The notes beneath the pieces are model-generated. The model was not told the origin of the DNA. It ran no database searches and was given only the letters and a program-made list of their open reading frames with translations. The position numbers and the translations under genes were made by a program. Positions 41,009 through 54,375 of a stretch of DNA of 64,000 bases are shown one piece after another. The stretch's first letter is position 1; each line of letters opens with the position of its first letter. This DNA is from Cycas panzhihuaensis (lineage: Eukaryota; Plantae; Cycadophyta). The stretch is from the NCBI GenBank assembly GCA_023213395.1, contig CM041465.1, positions 227,857,741-227,921,740 on the forward strand, in the 5' to 3' direction.

Positions 41009-44000
41009 TGTTAGATAATATGACAACAATGTTTTGGAGGCAAAAATTTTGATAGGTTGACAGTATAGTTCCCTCTCTTAACTTTCATGGGAGGATCCAA
41101 GGGAGGTGGTAGCCCCCCTTGGTTGGGGGATGCAGGAGGTATCAGAACCCCCTCCTTCCCTCTTTAAAGAGAGGCTTCAAAGGTAGTAGCCCCCAACCTA
41201 AAAAGCTAACACTGTAAGCATACTAAATTATAAAGAGAATTAAGGTCTTTCATTCAAAATACCCTAGATTTAATGGTCAAAATTTGTGCCTTGTATGACT
41301 CTCTCATGTAGCCTAATTTAGGGTGTTTTTTTATTATGTCAATGGTATTCAATGTATTGGATGTACTATATTGAGTAGAGGCAACTGGCTATTATTGATG
41401 TAAATATTCTACCATAGATTATGTATATTTCTCTATTCTTGGATAATAAAGATTGATACCTTTCTTATATGGATGTTTCTCTAGCAAACTACTAGGGTTT
41501 TACCATGTTATATCTGGTGTATATGTGATGCTTTGGCTTTCTGATTTATTTGTTGTATTATTTCTAGTTTAAGAACTTACATGTTAAATCTCAGGTTCAA
41601 TTCCTATAGCCAATTACAAAATAGTTTAGATCTTAGTGGTAGTTTCTGCTTATTGAGACCTAGTTTTCTAAATAAGTAGTATCAGAGCCACTTTTATTTT
41701 TATAGTAAGTTTATGAAGGTTTTAGTATTGGCTTTTTCTACACTAAATGGCAAAACTAACAAATGTAAAGTTTCGGGTGGAGAAATTCAATGGAAAAAAT
41801 AACTTCAAGTTGTAGAAGCTAAAAGCATATGATGTTTTAGTACAATAGGGATTGTATAGAAATTTGGAAGGCAAATTGAAGAAACATGCAAGGATGGACA
41901 ATGATGAATAGGATGATCTAGACAAAAGGGCTCTTAGCACAATATGATTATACTTGATAGACGAAGTTCTATTTAACATCATAGGGGAGAAGATAGCAAC
42001 AAGATTATGGACCTAGTTAGAAGGCTAATACATGACCAAATTAGTGATGAACCAAATCTACTTAAAGAGGTAGTTGTACTCATTATGGATGAAGGAAGGT
42101 ACAAAAATTCCTAATTATTTAAATATTTTCAATACTCTTATTTATCAGTTAGCTAGTATTAATATCACAATTCAGAATTAGGATAAGGTTGCTATATTGT
42201 TATGTTCATTACCAAAATCTTAGGATAATATTATCACCTTAATTAGTTTTAGTACTATAGATGAATTAGATTATGATTCTATTGTGAGTGCTTTGCTAAC
42301 GAAAGAGGTGAGGAGGAAGTGCAGTCTTGAAACCTCTACACTAGAAGCTATGACTTCCATGATTGAGAGAGGACAAACCTCTAGCTCACATCGAGCTCGA
42401 AGTCAAAAGGCAAGAAGAGTAAGCTCAGATATTGGAACTACAATAAGATAGTTCACTTCAAAAAGGATTGCTACAAAAGGAAGGAGTTCCAAAAAAAGGA
42501 AGATCCTACTAAGAAAGCTAATCAGGTGGAGTCAAATCAAGGTATAGATAATGATGTCTCAGTTGCTTATAATATTTTTTATTATCATCATGATTGGTTA
42601 TTGGATTTAGGCACTTCACACTATATATGTCCACACAGAAGTTGGTTTTTATTGTACTAACCTCTTGATGGTAGTAATTTACTCATAGGAAATGAAGTTT
42701 CCTATAAGACAGTAAGCATTGGTAGCATCAGAATTAAAATGTTTGATGGTGTAGTGAGAATATTAACTAAAGTTAGACATGTACCTGATCTAAAAAAGAA
42801 TCTAATTTTCTTAGGTGAATTAAATTCTAGTGGTTATAAGTACACAAGTTATGAAAAAGCCTTGAAGGTGTCAAAGGGCACCTTGGTTGTTATGAAAGCA
42901 TTAAATAAAGGAAACCTTTATATTTTAGTGGGAAGTATAGATGTTAGCCATGCAGCTCCAACATCAAAGACTGCAAAAGATACAGCTCAGTTATAGCATC
43001 AGAGACTTGGGCATATGAGTGAGAGAGGAATTAAGGCATTGATGAACCGTAAGTTACTTCCTAACTTGTAGCTTTCACATTTAACTTTTGTAAATATTAT
43101 ATTTTTGGAAAGTAATGTATACTCATATTTAAAGTAAGGAGTTACACTAGTAAAGGTGTTCTAGATTGTGTACATTTGGATGTGTAGGGACTAACCCCTA
43201 CAATATCTTATAGAGGATCATTGTACTTTATTATATTTATAGATGATCACTCCAGAAAGGTATGGGTCTATTTTTTAAAAAGGAAATCTAAAGTTTTCAG
43301 TGTGTTTAAGCAATTCAAGGCTCTGGTTAAGAAGAGTATTGGCAGGTAAATCAAATATTTAAGAATTGATAATAGAGGTGATTTCAACTCTTTGGGGTTT
43401 TAGAATTATTATAGAAAAGTTGGGATCAAATGATATAAGACCACTAACTATACTCCATAGCAGAATGGCATAACTAAGTGCATGAACAGGACACTCTTGG
43501 AAAGAGTTAGAAGCATGCTAAGTAATGCAAGAGTGGAGTAGGGCTTATTGGGAAAAATTATTCAGACAGCTTATTATTTGGTAAATAGGTCACCATCACT
43601 TGTAACAGTGTAAGATTCTCGAAGAGGTATGGATTGGACATCCATATGACTATTCGAATTTGAAAGTTTTAGTTGTAATGTTTATACCTTGACTAATAAA
43701 AATTAATATTCAAAATTAGACTAAAAATCTAAGAGATGTATCTTTATTGGTTATAGTGATAGAGATGATATGAAGGAATATAGGTTGTGGGATCCTACTA
43801 CCCATAAAATCATTATTAACAGAAATATTATATTTGATGAATCCCCTTTTCTAAAATTAGATAGTATAGAAGTTGAATTAAAATAGAAGCAAGAAGTTAA
43901 ACATCAATAGGTCAAGATTGAGACCCAACTATCTTTGGAAATGGAAATGCAAGAAAATCTTTCTGAAGATGAAATCTGTAATAGATTTATAAGAGTATGT

Positions 44001-46350
44001 AGATATTCCTCCACCAATTGTTAGAAGATCTACATGAGTCAGGCATCCACCTGATATGTGCAATCCTTCTATTTCTATTGCTTTAGTTTCTAATGATGAT
44101 GAACCTACATACTATCAGGAAGCAATAGATGATATCCATAGTGAGAAGTAGAAGAGGGCTATGTAGGAAGAGATAGATGCTTTGATAGAACTTCCACATG
44201 GCAGGAAGATTATTGGTTGCAGATGAGTTTTCAAGAAGAAAATAAATGTTAATAAAAAGGTTAACAAATATAGGGCAAGACCGGTAGCTAAAGGCTTTGC
44301 ACAAAAAATAAGTATTGATTTTTATAAGATCTTTTTACTAGTTATTAAACTTGTTTCAATTTAAGTTATGTTAGCATTGGTAGTTTTTCTTGATTTGGAG
44401 TTAGAGTAGTTAGATGCAAAAATAACTTTTCTTCATGGAGATTTAGATGAGGAGATCTATATGGATCAACTAGAAGGGTTTGTATAAGATGGTAGGAAAA
44501 GACTTATTTACAAGCTTAGAAAATTATTATATAGCCTGAAGTAATCATCTAGGCAATGGTACAAGAAGTTTGATGCCTTCATAGAGAGCCAAAATTTTAA
44601 AAGAAATGAGTATGATCATTATATTTATTTTAAATTCTTGAATAATGGCTTATTCATTATCTTAGTATTATATGTTGATGACATGCTGGTTACAAGAAAA
44701 AGTATGGCAGAAATTAATAAGGTAAAGGCTCAATTGGCTAAGACTTTTGATATGAAGGATCTAGGAGCTACAAAATAAATCTTAAGCATGGAGATACATA
44801 GAGATAGAAAAAATGGTAAACTATAGTTAGCACAGTAGAAATATATAGAGAAGGTGCTAACCAAATTTGGTATAGCAAATATGAAACTAATTAATATCTC
44901 GTTAGTTTCCTATTTTAAGCTTTCTTTAAGTATGATTCCTAGTAATGAATAAGAAAATGATTATATGTCTTGTGTATCTTATGCCAGTGTAGTAGGAAGA
45001 TTGATGTATATCATTGTATATACAAGACTTAACAGTTCACATGTATTCGATGTAGTTAGTAGGTTTATAGCAAATCTAAGAAAGAAACATTGAGCAAAAG
45101 TGAAATAGGTGCTTCAGTATTTGAGGGGCATAAGTAACTATTACATCACCTTTGTGGTACAGATAATCAAGTTTATAGATATGTTAATTCATATTTAACA
45201 GGAGATTTAGATAAAAGAAGGTCTACTTCAGGTTATATGTTTACTCTTACATATGGTCTAGTTACTTAAATATCAAAATTATAGAGTACAATTACATTAT
45301 CAACTATAGAAGTAGAATATGTTACTACAGCACATGCTTGTAATAAAGTAATTTGGTTGTAGGGTCTATTGGTTGAGCTTCGAAGGAAATAGGAAAAGGT
45401 AAAGGTATTTTGTGATAGTCAAAGTGTCATTTACTTAGCAAAGAATCTAGCTTATTATAGTAGGATAAAGTATATTACTCTTAAGTACCATTTTGTTAGA
45501 CGGGTTGTACAAGCAAGTGGAGTGGTACTTAAGAAGGTTAACACAAAATAAAATCGTTCTGACATGTTCACAAAACCAGTGTTATTAGAGAAGTTCAAAT
45601 GGTGCTTGACTTCTCTTGGTTTGTAGAAAAGGTAATGAATGGTCCAAAAAATGTATCAGGTAAATTATTATCAAGGTAGAGATTGTTAGATAATGTGACA
45701 ACAATATTTTGGATGTAAAAATTTTGACAGTTTGGCAGTGTGGTTTCCTCCCTTAACTTATGTGGGGGGATCGAAGGGCGGCAGGAGCCCCCCTTGACTA
45801 GGGGTACGAGGGGTACGGGAACCCCCCCTACACCCCCACAAAGAGGGGGTTTAGGGGCGGTAGCCCCTCACCCAAAAAGCTAGCATTATAAAACATACCA
45901 AACTATAAAAAGAATTAGGGTCATTCATTCAAAATACTCCAGATTTAATGGTCGAGATTTATGCCTTGTATGACTCTCTCATATAGCCTAATTTAGGGTG
46001 CTTTTTCATTATGTTGATGGTATTTGATGTATTGAATATACTATATTAAGTAGAGACAATCGGTTGTTGTTACTGTGAACATTCTGCTACAGATTATGTA
46101 TATTTCTCCATTCTTAGATAATAAAGATCGATACATTTCCTATGTGGATGTTTCCCTAGCACACCACTAGGGTGTTACCATGTTATATCTAGTGTATATG
46201 TGATGATTTGGCTTTCTAATTTATTTATTATATTATCTCTAGTTTAAGAACTTACACGTTAAATTTTAGTTTCAATTCCTATAACTAGTTGCAAAATAGT
46301 TTAGATCTTAGTGGTGGTTTCTAGTTATTGGGACCTAGTTTTCTCAAACA
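41009..46350 (+). mobile_element. Element A: Ty1/Copia LTR retrotransposon (Tnt1/Tork-like, inferred)
   Basis: LTRs 41009-41674 and 45684-46350; PBS TAGTATCAGAGCC at 41677-41689; PPT CAAGGTAGAGAT; TSD cttga/cttgg. Confidence 0.93.
41747..45635 (+). pseudogene. Element A gag-pol remnant
   Basis: MAKLTNVKFRVEKFNGKNNFKL, WLLDLGTSH, MFDGVVRILTKVRHVPDLKKNLI, L*HQRLGHMSE, FLHGDLDEEIYMDQ, LYVDDML, FDMKDLGA. Confidence 0.93.
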
Positions 46351-46355
46351 CTTGG

Positions 46356-48230
46356 CCCATGTTGCTCTAATTAGGGTTGTCAAGGATATTAAAAATCTCC
46401 AACTAAACTTCCTTTAGGGAGGTTCATAATTTGATAATAAATGGCCTTTGGTATCCTAGAAGAAGGTCTACTCTCAAAGAACAAGGGGGTCTCAATATTA
46501 AACACATTAAGCCCTTTAACAAAACCCTTAGTAGTAAATTATTATAGAGATGGTTCAAAGAGAGAACCTCCATATGGGCTTAGATTTAGAAAATCAAATA
46601 TGTAAGCCACTTGGAATGAGAGGATGTAATAAGACTTAATGATTCCCAAAAAGGTTCTGTTATTTGGAATGGGTTTCTACCAAACCTTAATGTTATACAA
46701 TCCTATAGCTTTTGGGAAATTAGAGATGAAGAAAATGTCTTATTATAGGAAGACTCCTAAGATGAATTTAGGCCAATTATTAATCATGTTGATCTTGCTA
46801 TATTTTGGAAAGATGGTTAGATTTGGATTAAGGGCTTTTTTATAGTAAAAGAGAGTAATGGGGATAAACTGAATACTATTAAAAGACATTAAAAAACTCT
46901 TGATAGCTGGCTAGAAGGTTTGTCTAAGTAGGACAAGGAAAAGTTATGAAGCCTTCTTCTAAAAAGGTCCTCCCTATTAGACTTGGAACATATATTCTTA
47001 AATGGAGCTTCAATGGGAAACGAAGCTTCTTAGTTAGACAACAAACTATTTGTATCTAAGTGTAGAGGAAAGTTAAAAATCCAAAAAGATTTAAAAAAGT
47101 ATTTGGAATCCTGACATAGATATCTACCTTCCTTTGGCCGGTTTCTCATAGTAGTATTTTGACTTAAGAGAATCTTAAGGAGAGAAGTTTGGTTCGTCCT
47201 TCATATTGTGTAATTTGTGAAAAAATTAAAGAATATATTAATACTCTTTTCTTATATTCCCAATGTAGAAATCAATGTTGGGATTAGATAAAATACTTAT
47301 TTAGAACTTTGATTAAGATAGGGATCAAAATTCAAAAATTCTTAGAGAAATGGAGAAAAAGAAAGAAAGCATTTAAAATCCTTAAGAAAGTGTGGGATCT
47401 TATTCTCGAGTTCCTGATGTAGAACATGTGGAAAGAATATAATGAAAGGGTTTTAGGAATCAAGCTTCTCCATTAATTCAGGTTGTTCGAAGGACTATCA
47501 AAAACATTTCTAAAATAATCAAAGTAAAAATGTGGGAGGAAGAAGATCTCTTATGAACTAGAAAGAAAGAAACAAATTTGAAATTGTTAGAGATTGAGAA
47601 AACTAATTTAAAAACTCAATAAAGGGTGAAAAATAATTTTAAAAGAATTTATAATTAATGGGACCCTCCTAATGAGCAAGTCCTTAAAGCCAATTTTTAT
47701 GGAGCCTCCAAAGGCAACTTGGTAAGAGATGGCATTAGAGGCATAATAAGGGATCATGAAGGGAAAGCTAGTGTATTTTTATGTTTAAAACATTGGAGAA
47801 ACCACTAATAATATTACCAAAGCTTTGGTTGCATTAACAATTTTAAAGGTGGCAAAGAAATATGGGAATAAAGAGTTAACTTGGTAGGTGATTTTAAGAT
47901 TAGTATTGACATGCTTAGGAGCCTATTACTAAATGGAGACCAAAAGTTGGAATTTGCCTCAACTCTTAAAGAAATAGTTTTCTTAAAAAAATAATTCCAT
48001 GAAATAAATTTTAGACATGTTAAGAGAGAGTGAATGTAGTTGTCGACCTTCTTGCAAGCATAGGTATAGAAAGTCCATAGGGCAAAAACAAGTTGAATTT
48101 ACCCTCAGAAGAGATCATTGATCCCATTATCAAAATAACCATTATCAAGGCCATAGAGAAAGATATCAGGGAGATGAAGAAAGTGTTGGAGAATGATCAA
48201 AATCAAATGGAGGATAAGAACATTGATTAG
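46356..48230 (+). pseudogene. LINE ORF2 piece 4: RT C-terminus, zf-RVT and RNase H-like domain
   Basis: NFL*GG...KWPLVS*; ILT*ENL..PSYCVIC (zf-RVT, ~47150-47260); WDPP...LKANFYGASKGNL...GIIRDHEG and FRHVKRE*N (RNase H-like, ~47660-48060). Confidence 0.85.
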
Positions 48231-49813
48231 CTAGAATTGAATTTGAAAATGACTAATACACCTTTTGTTTTTTATGTTTTACAACATTATGTTCAATTAA
48301 TTGGGCGAAGTGAGATGGTATAACTATATTTCAAGCCAATTCATAAAGGAGTTTATGAACAAACATAGTGGCAAGGCTTCATTTTCTACTATGTTATCCT
48401 CCTTATGGAGGAATGCTTATTTTTTACTTTTGCTATAAATTTTTGTTGTATATTAATATGATTATCTTTTTCACTAATTTAAAAAAAAAATTATGTAGGA
48501 ATAATAATTAAAATGGCTAAAAACTAGAAAACTTATATGCTAGTTGTTCTCGTAAATACAAGCACTAAAAATAAAAGAGAGAGAAAGCTTGACAAGGGAG
48601 AAAGGAGAGGGTTGAGGTTTTAAGGTCGAACTTGTTGAAAATTGAGTCTTTGCCATTTATTAGGTGGAGGTTTGGCTCTTAATGGATAGGCTTTACTTTG
48701 GAGAGAAATTCTAAGTTCGAAGCACTGCCAACAACTCTTGAAGTTGGAAATGAGAAACAAAGAAATGTTAAAATAATATTTATTTATATATAGTAAAGAA
48801 AGAAAATAAACTTCAAAGCAAATTTATGTAAATTATAAGGATTGCACCTCTCTAATGTTTTATCTAAACAAAATAAAATAGTCAAGTCATGCTTCTCTTT
48901 GGATGATGTAAGCAATAAGGCTTTATTAATTTAATATAAGTGCTCAAGAAACTAGTATTAAAATAAAAATTTATGAATAATGTTCTCATTATCGAAGAAT
49001 GTGGTGTTAAATAATAGAGAAGATTTGTTATCTTATTTAATTTATGTTCTTACATGTATACTTACACTAAAGTATGATCTTATACCATTTATCTACTTTA
49101 TAAATGAGATTAAGAGCATGTATCTTTATCTTAGGCATCACTCGTCATTTTATTTTATATGTCAAATCTATACATAATATGTTCATTAAATATTTGACTA
49201 GTATATTATAATGGAAATAAAACATTGTTCTAGAATTGATGCAATGGCCTAAATTCTACCAAGATGCATCTTAAAGCTTATTATGGATGATAAATTTTAT
49301 AAATTGAAAGTATTGAAGTTTCTCTTTTGAGAAATAATAATAAATTAATTATAAAAATGTGTTAGATGAGTTGGAATCCTTTCCTTACAATGATTAATTA
49401 TTATTTAGTGGAGTATCCACTCTGGGAATATTTGATACACTCATCATGTTTTGTCATTGAAAACATACTATTATATTTAAAATTCTGCAGGTTCTAAAAG
49501 TAACATTTCTTTTCAAATGATAAGATCAATTTTGTCTATGGGACATATTTGAGTTGATTTGTGGGCCAACATCTTATTTTGGTGAAAGCAATCACATATT
49601 TGTGACTTGAAGTGAATTAGGCACCTTGCAATGTCCCCAATAAAGCATCGATATTTCCAACCTCCAAGGTGGTTGGAGATCACCCCATCCATTTGGCAAG
49701 GTGTACTTGCAAAATGCATGCTTTACACTTCAGAATGTTGGATAAATGTTTACTCCTCTTTTGTTTCTCTAGAAAGGCATTTACACACTTGCCTTTCTCG
49801 AACCACACTCTTT

Positions 49814-49822
49814 TGACGTGTC
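49814..49822 (+). promoter_or_regulatory. Possible bZIP site (TGACGTGTC; ABRE/as-1-like)
   Basis: ACGTGTC core about 310 nt upstream of the ATG, with its CpG intact in an otherwise CpG-depleted window. Motif match only. Confidence 0.2.
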
Positions 49823-50070
49823 CATCCATGTTCTCGGTCCCCTATGGATTAGGTTTTTTTGTTTATTCTCCACCTTGTTAGCCCCACATAATTATACTCC
49901 AATTTATTTGTGTCCACAACATGAAAGCCATAATAATGAGTGGCCACTCAGCAACGTTCCACTCCCCTTGCTAAGCTCAATCAAATATATCCATCCACCC
50001 CATTTTTAAAGCATCTCCCACTTTAGAGGTGTCCATGTGGGCACACACCAAAAAAATCACATTACATCTT

Positions 50071-50076
50071 TATAAA
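50071..50076 (+). promoter_or_regulatory. Candidate TATA box of the DUF599 gene
   Basis: TATAAA about 55 nt upstream of the ATG; position only, no transcript evidence. Confidence 0.35.
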
Positions 50077-50130
50077 CTACCCGCTCATTCAACTTTGAGT
50101 AGGATGACAATATAATTTAATTTTTCAAAG

Positions 50131-50890
50131 ATGGAGTGGAAGAAATGCTACCTGGACTATTTCCTGGTACCCCTCGGTGTTTTCATTACCATTGGATACC
50201 ACGGTTTGCTGTGGTACCAAGTCAAGAACCATCCCCTCCACACCACAATCGGCGTTAATGCCATTGGAAGGAGGCTATGGTTCCAAAGCATGATCAAGGT
50301 AATCGGATACCCCTATCCTTTTCCATCTAATTGCAGTAAAATAATCCGTTCAGACCAATTCATTCGATGATATGTTTGTGCAGGAAAATGGGAAAAAGAA
50401 CATAATTGCGGTTCAGACATTGAGACAGAGCCTGATGGAATGCACCCTCATGGCAACCGCTTCCATTCTTCTGAGCTGCGGCATGGCTGCGTTTATAAGC
50501 AGTACGTACAGTCTGAAGAAGCCTCTGAACGATACGGCTTACGGTGCACGCGATGAATTCATGATATCTCTGAAATACTCGGCGCTGTTACTATTTTTCA
50601 TGTTCTCGTTTCTGTGCCATCTGTTGGCGGTTCGGTTCCTGAATCAGGTCAACTACTTGATAAACACCACGCAATTTCAATCCCCGTTCGTCACTCCGCA
50701 GTACGTCTGTGAAATGTTCGAGAGGGGCTTCGTGTTCAGCACGATTGGGAACAGAGCGTTCTATGTAGCGTTCCCGTTGCTGTTCTGGATACTCGGCCCA
50801 ATACTGCCCTTTGTCTGTTCCGTAGCAACGGTTCCTGTTCTTTATAATCTTGATTTCAATTCCATCTCCAAGGCTGCCAATCCAAAATAA
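50131..50890 (+). CDS. DUF599-family plant membrane protein; join(50131..50298,50384..50890), 224 aa
   Basis: Exon 1 MEWKKCYLDYFLVPLG...RRLWFQSMIK and exon 2 ENGKKNIIAVQTLRQSLMECTLMATASILL...YSLKKPLNDTAYGA...NQVNYLINT...GNRAFYVAFPLLFWILGP match plant DUF599 proteins (recognised from memory of the family). The phase-0 GT..AG intron joins the two ORFs in frame with no internal stops. Confidence 0.93.
50299..50383 (+). other. 85-nt GT-AG intron of the DUF599 gene
   Basis: Donor AAG|GTAATC and acceptor TTTGTGCAG|GAA; removing it gives ...SMIK-ENGKKN..., collinear with the family motif IMKDNDKKN. Confidence 0.88.
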
Positions 50891-52112
50891 TTGGGCTCAA
50901 GTAAGTAATATCAGTATTGATGGCGCAGGGTTGGTTTGGTCCGGGCTTCAAGCAATGAGCCAAGGCAATATTACAGCAATTTTTAGGTTTCTTTCTTTAG
51001 ACAGAGGGTTGGATAAAATGCCCTTTGGTCCATGAATGTAAGAAGGCAGTGCATGCAGGCAATAAGCTAATTCAACAGAGTATGCAAGGCCTAAGATCTA
51101 GCAATGCATTCCTCACCTCTATGATGAGTTTCACTCCAATTACGAGGTATATGATCATGATCATATCTACTTTGCTTTGTAGTGTATTTTTATATATTGT
51201 TTACTTTTGATTAACATATATATATAATGTATGTTATTATGAAACATAAATTTGTAACCAAAAACAAGGTATTTTTCCCCTTTTCTGTAGAGAGGAAAAT
51301 GAATAAGAGAGGATGACTCCTATGATAAAGCCAATGGCAAAAGATCTCCAAAATTTAGAGGTGTGTACACTTAACTAATTGGAAGAGCAAAATAATATTT
51401 ATCAATCAGATTTAAACAGTAAGTTTGAACTATCATACTCCTACAAGGTTCTATTGTTCCACAAAGCTATCTAGTAAACCAACCTTCTTCTATCTCATCA
51501 AGAGGTCATGAAACGATAATTAGGAGGGCACATCATTCAATTAGAAAGAGCTCATTCTTCAAGGTGCCTCCATAAATTTTGAATATGAAGATGAATTTGG
51601 GTATAGGGAAAAGCATTTGTCCATAACTTGTACGAACATAGGGCAATTTCAAAAGGTTGAAGCATTGAAGATGTACTCAAAAAGTGAAACAATTAAAGAA
51701 ACTGAAGTTTTTGTTCAAGAAAAGACTCAAATCATTGCACTAATGTTATAGCTAAAAAATGAATTGCCACCATGGGGAATAATCCTTAAATATGACTAAG
51801 GAAAATCCCTTAGACATACCAAGGAATTAAGGGGTAAAAACATGCATCCATACAAAGAAACACAAGCTAAAGTAAAGGCACCTAAATATTTCAAAAATGA
51901 TGTGAGCTTGTCTCTAAGTCCTTCAAAGGTATGCAAGTCAACCTAAAATGAGGAGAAACAAGTGGCATATGAGCTTGGAACTTTGGAAGTGCAAGTAATC
52001 TAACTGAAAGGCAAGAATTTTTTTTTGTTTTCCTTTCATACAAAGGTTCTTAAAGGAGAGCACAAAGGAGGTCCAAGTGAAGCACAAGAAAAATATTATC
52101 ATTTATGGTTGT

Positions 52113-52158
<46 letters not shown>
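52113..52158. repeat. Compound microsatellite (TA)8(GA)15
   Basis: Directly visible. Confidence 0.9.
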
Positions 52159-52161
<3 letters not shown>

Positions 52162-54260
52162 ACTTTCATTACCACCATTGTTCTACTTTTTCCTTCTTCT
52201 AATAAAAGATATTGTAGCAACATTATGTTGGAGTTTTTTCAACCAACATCTATCATCTAACAAGAGGAGGCTTGTAGAAGAGAGGAGAAGCAAGAACTAA
52301 ATCATTACCATTTATTTACTAATTGGTTTAATCCTTGATTTTCTTTCTAATTATCTTAATTTAAATCAATAAAATTAGCCTTCTAATGCCTCTATTCCCA
52401 ATTGTGTGCCTATTGGTCATTTGTTTACTTGTTCATTCGGTTTAAGAATGTCTCGTTGCATTTATTATTTCTAAATTATTGAAAGAGAAATGCCCCTACA
52501 TATTATAATTAATTTCCTTATATGACTTAATAGGTTTTCTCTTTGATGAAGTGGAAGAAATAGGGAGAAATCGTTCATTACCAAGTTCACATCAACCTTA
52601 ACCAAGGAGAAATGATCAAATATTTGCATTTGTTTCCTTCAAATTGTCTTCATTTTTCTATTTTTCTTATATATGTTCTTCCTCATCTACATTTCCTTAT
52701 ATTCTTTTTGCCTCCCCCTTTAATTTATCTCTCCCATTCATTTATCTATTAAGAGTCACTTGGAAATTTTTGTTCCCTAACAACCAACATTTAACAACAT
52801 TCTTTAAGCCCAAACTAATTTGATTGAGGTAGTTGGAGTTATATATGAAGGGTGTGATATTTCATTAAAAATAGTGCATCATACCATAGTAACTCAATAA
52901 GTAATAAAGGTGATGATTATTGATGAAGGATAAAGTTATTTCCTAGTTGAGTTGGAGGGAAAAGTGTTAGGTTCATCCATTGGTAGATGTTAGCATGGTA
53001 GTTAAGGCTAAGCCACTCGATTAATATTAAAATGTGGTTTAGTTAATATTAAGTCAAAAGATGTGAATATTTTAGAGGGTAGCAACAATTTAAGTTGGAC
53101 GTACTATTTGGGAGATTATAAATAACCCTACAGTCCATTGGAAAATCATTCAAGAAACCATCAATGTGATCTAATGATCTTTTGTAGTGAGTTTTTTCTC
53201 GAAAGGATTTCCCACATAAGATATTGTGTATTGTGTACCTATGTTCTTTATTCTTTGCTTGTTGTATATAATCAAGATCCTATAGTTCAAAACACGTGCA
53301 TATTTTATGTTTCTTCATGTGGTATCAAAATTGAATGGAGTACACAGTTGAGACAAGGTTGGATAGAAGTGATAATATTAAATGTTACCTAATAACACTA
53401 CTAGAGCCTTGTTTTGATAATTATAATATTCTTTAACAACCAGAAGAGTGACATAGTGGTGAAATAGTGATTGAGGAGGTGGATTCACTTATCAAAAAGA
53501 CTCTTTTCATTGTTCAAGTCTAAAATCAATATTAGACATACTTTAGACCATGTTGGGCTCATTTTGAAGCCATCTGAAGCTTGGAATGTATGTTGGACAC
53601 TCCATATGTCAATTGGGTAAATTTTGAAGATGATCTAACAATGTTGGGCTACATTAGGCATGATCTAAAAATGTTGGTCTCTATTTGAGAGTCATATGAC
53701 ATTATTAGGCTTTAAATTTAACAACTAAGCATAAAAAAAAAATTAGACATCATCTGTGAACATGATTGAATCAAGATAAGGAGGCTTTTAGCACATATTA
53801 ATGGTGTTGGGCAATTTTTTAAGATTGTAGAGACTTTTTGATGAGATTAGATGGTGTTGGCCTAGTTCTTTATTAATAGACATCTTTTAAGAAGCTTTTC
53901 TTACTTATTAGAGTGTCCATAGACTGATTGGTAGTTAGATATCTATATGGTGATGTGTTAGAGAGGCATATTCATTCTTTTTCTAGTCATAGTAGGTTGT
54001 ATATGAGACTCAAGTTTAGTTGGAGTCATTCAGGAGATACTTTTGCTCATAAATATGTCGCCTTTCATGGAGCTATCACTTTGTGATTATTAAGCTACCT
54101 ATGATCAAGTAAGGTTGAAAACCTTACTAACAATCAAATACATTTGTAGTTTGACTTTTTAACACTTTTTTATAAAGTTATATTGATTTAAAAAGCACAC
54201 AAGTGAAATGTTGGTAATTGCCCATGTGGGTATAATATTCATCCTTTTTCTTTATTTAAA

Positions 54261-54375
<115 letters not shown>

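Larger units (their letters stand above)
10838..48490 (+). mobile_element. 5'-truncated L1-type LINE (~5.0 kb net) split into four pieces by three Copia insertions
   Basis: A10 tail at 48481-48490; TSD CTATGTAGGAATAACAA (10821-10837) vs TTATGTAGGAATAATAA (48491-48507); ORF2 motifs run in order across the pieces. Confidence 0.85.

Noticed and set aside
49513-50009. Cluster of short overlapping ORFs upstream of DUF599, and similar ones at 50850-51210
   Set aside because: No recognisable motifs; consistent with chance ORFs in promoter and 3' flank sequence.
50331-50336. Alternative acceptor TTGCAG inside the DUF599 intron, or two separate genes
   Set aside because: It would give a 38-nt intron followed immediately by TAA; the 50383 acceptor restores family collinearity.
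51250-52980. Intergenic stretch that may hold old repeat fragments
   Set aside because: I could not identify termini, TSDs or protein motifs, so it is left unannotated.
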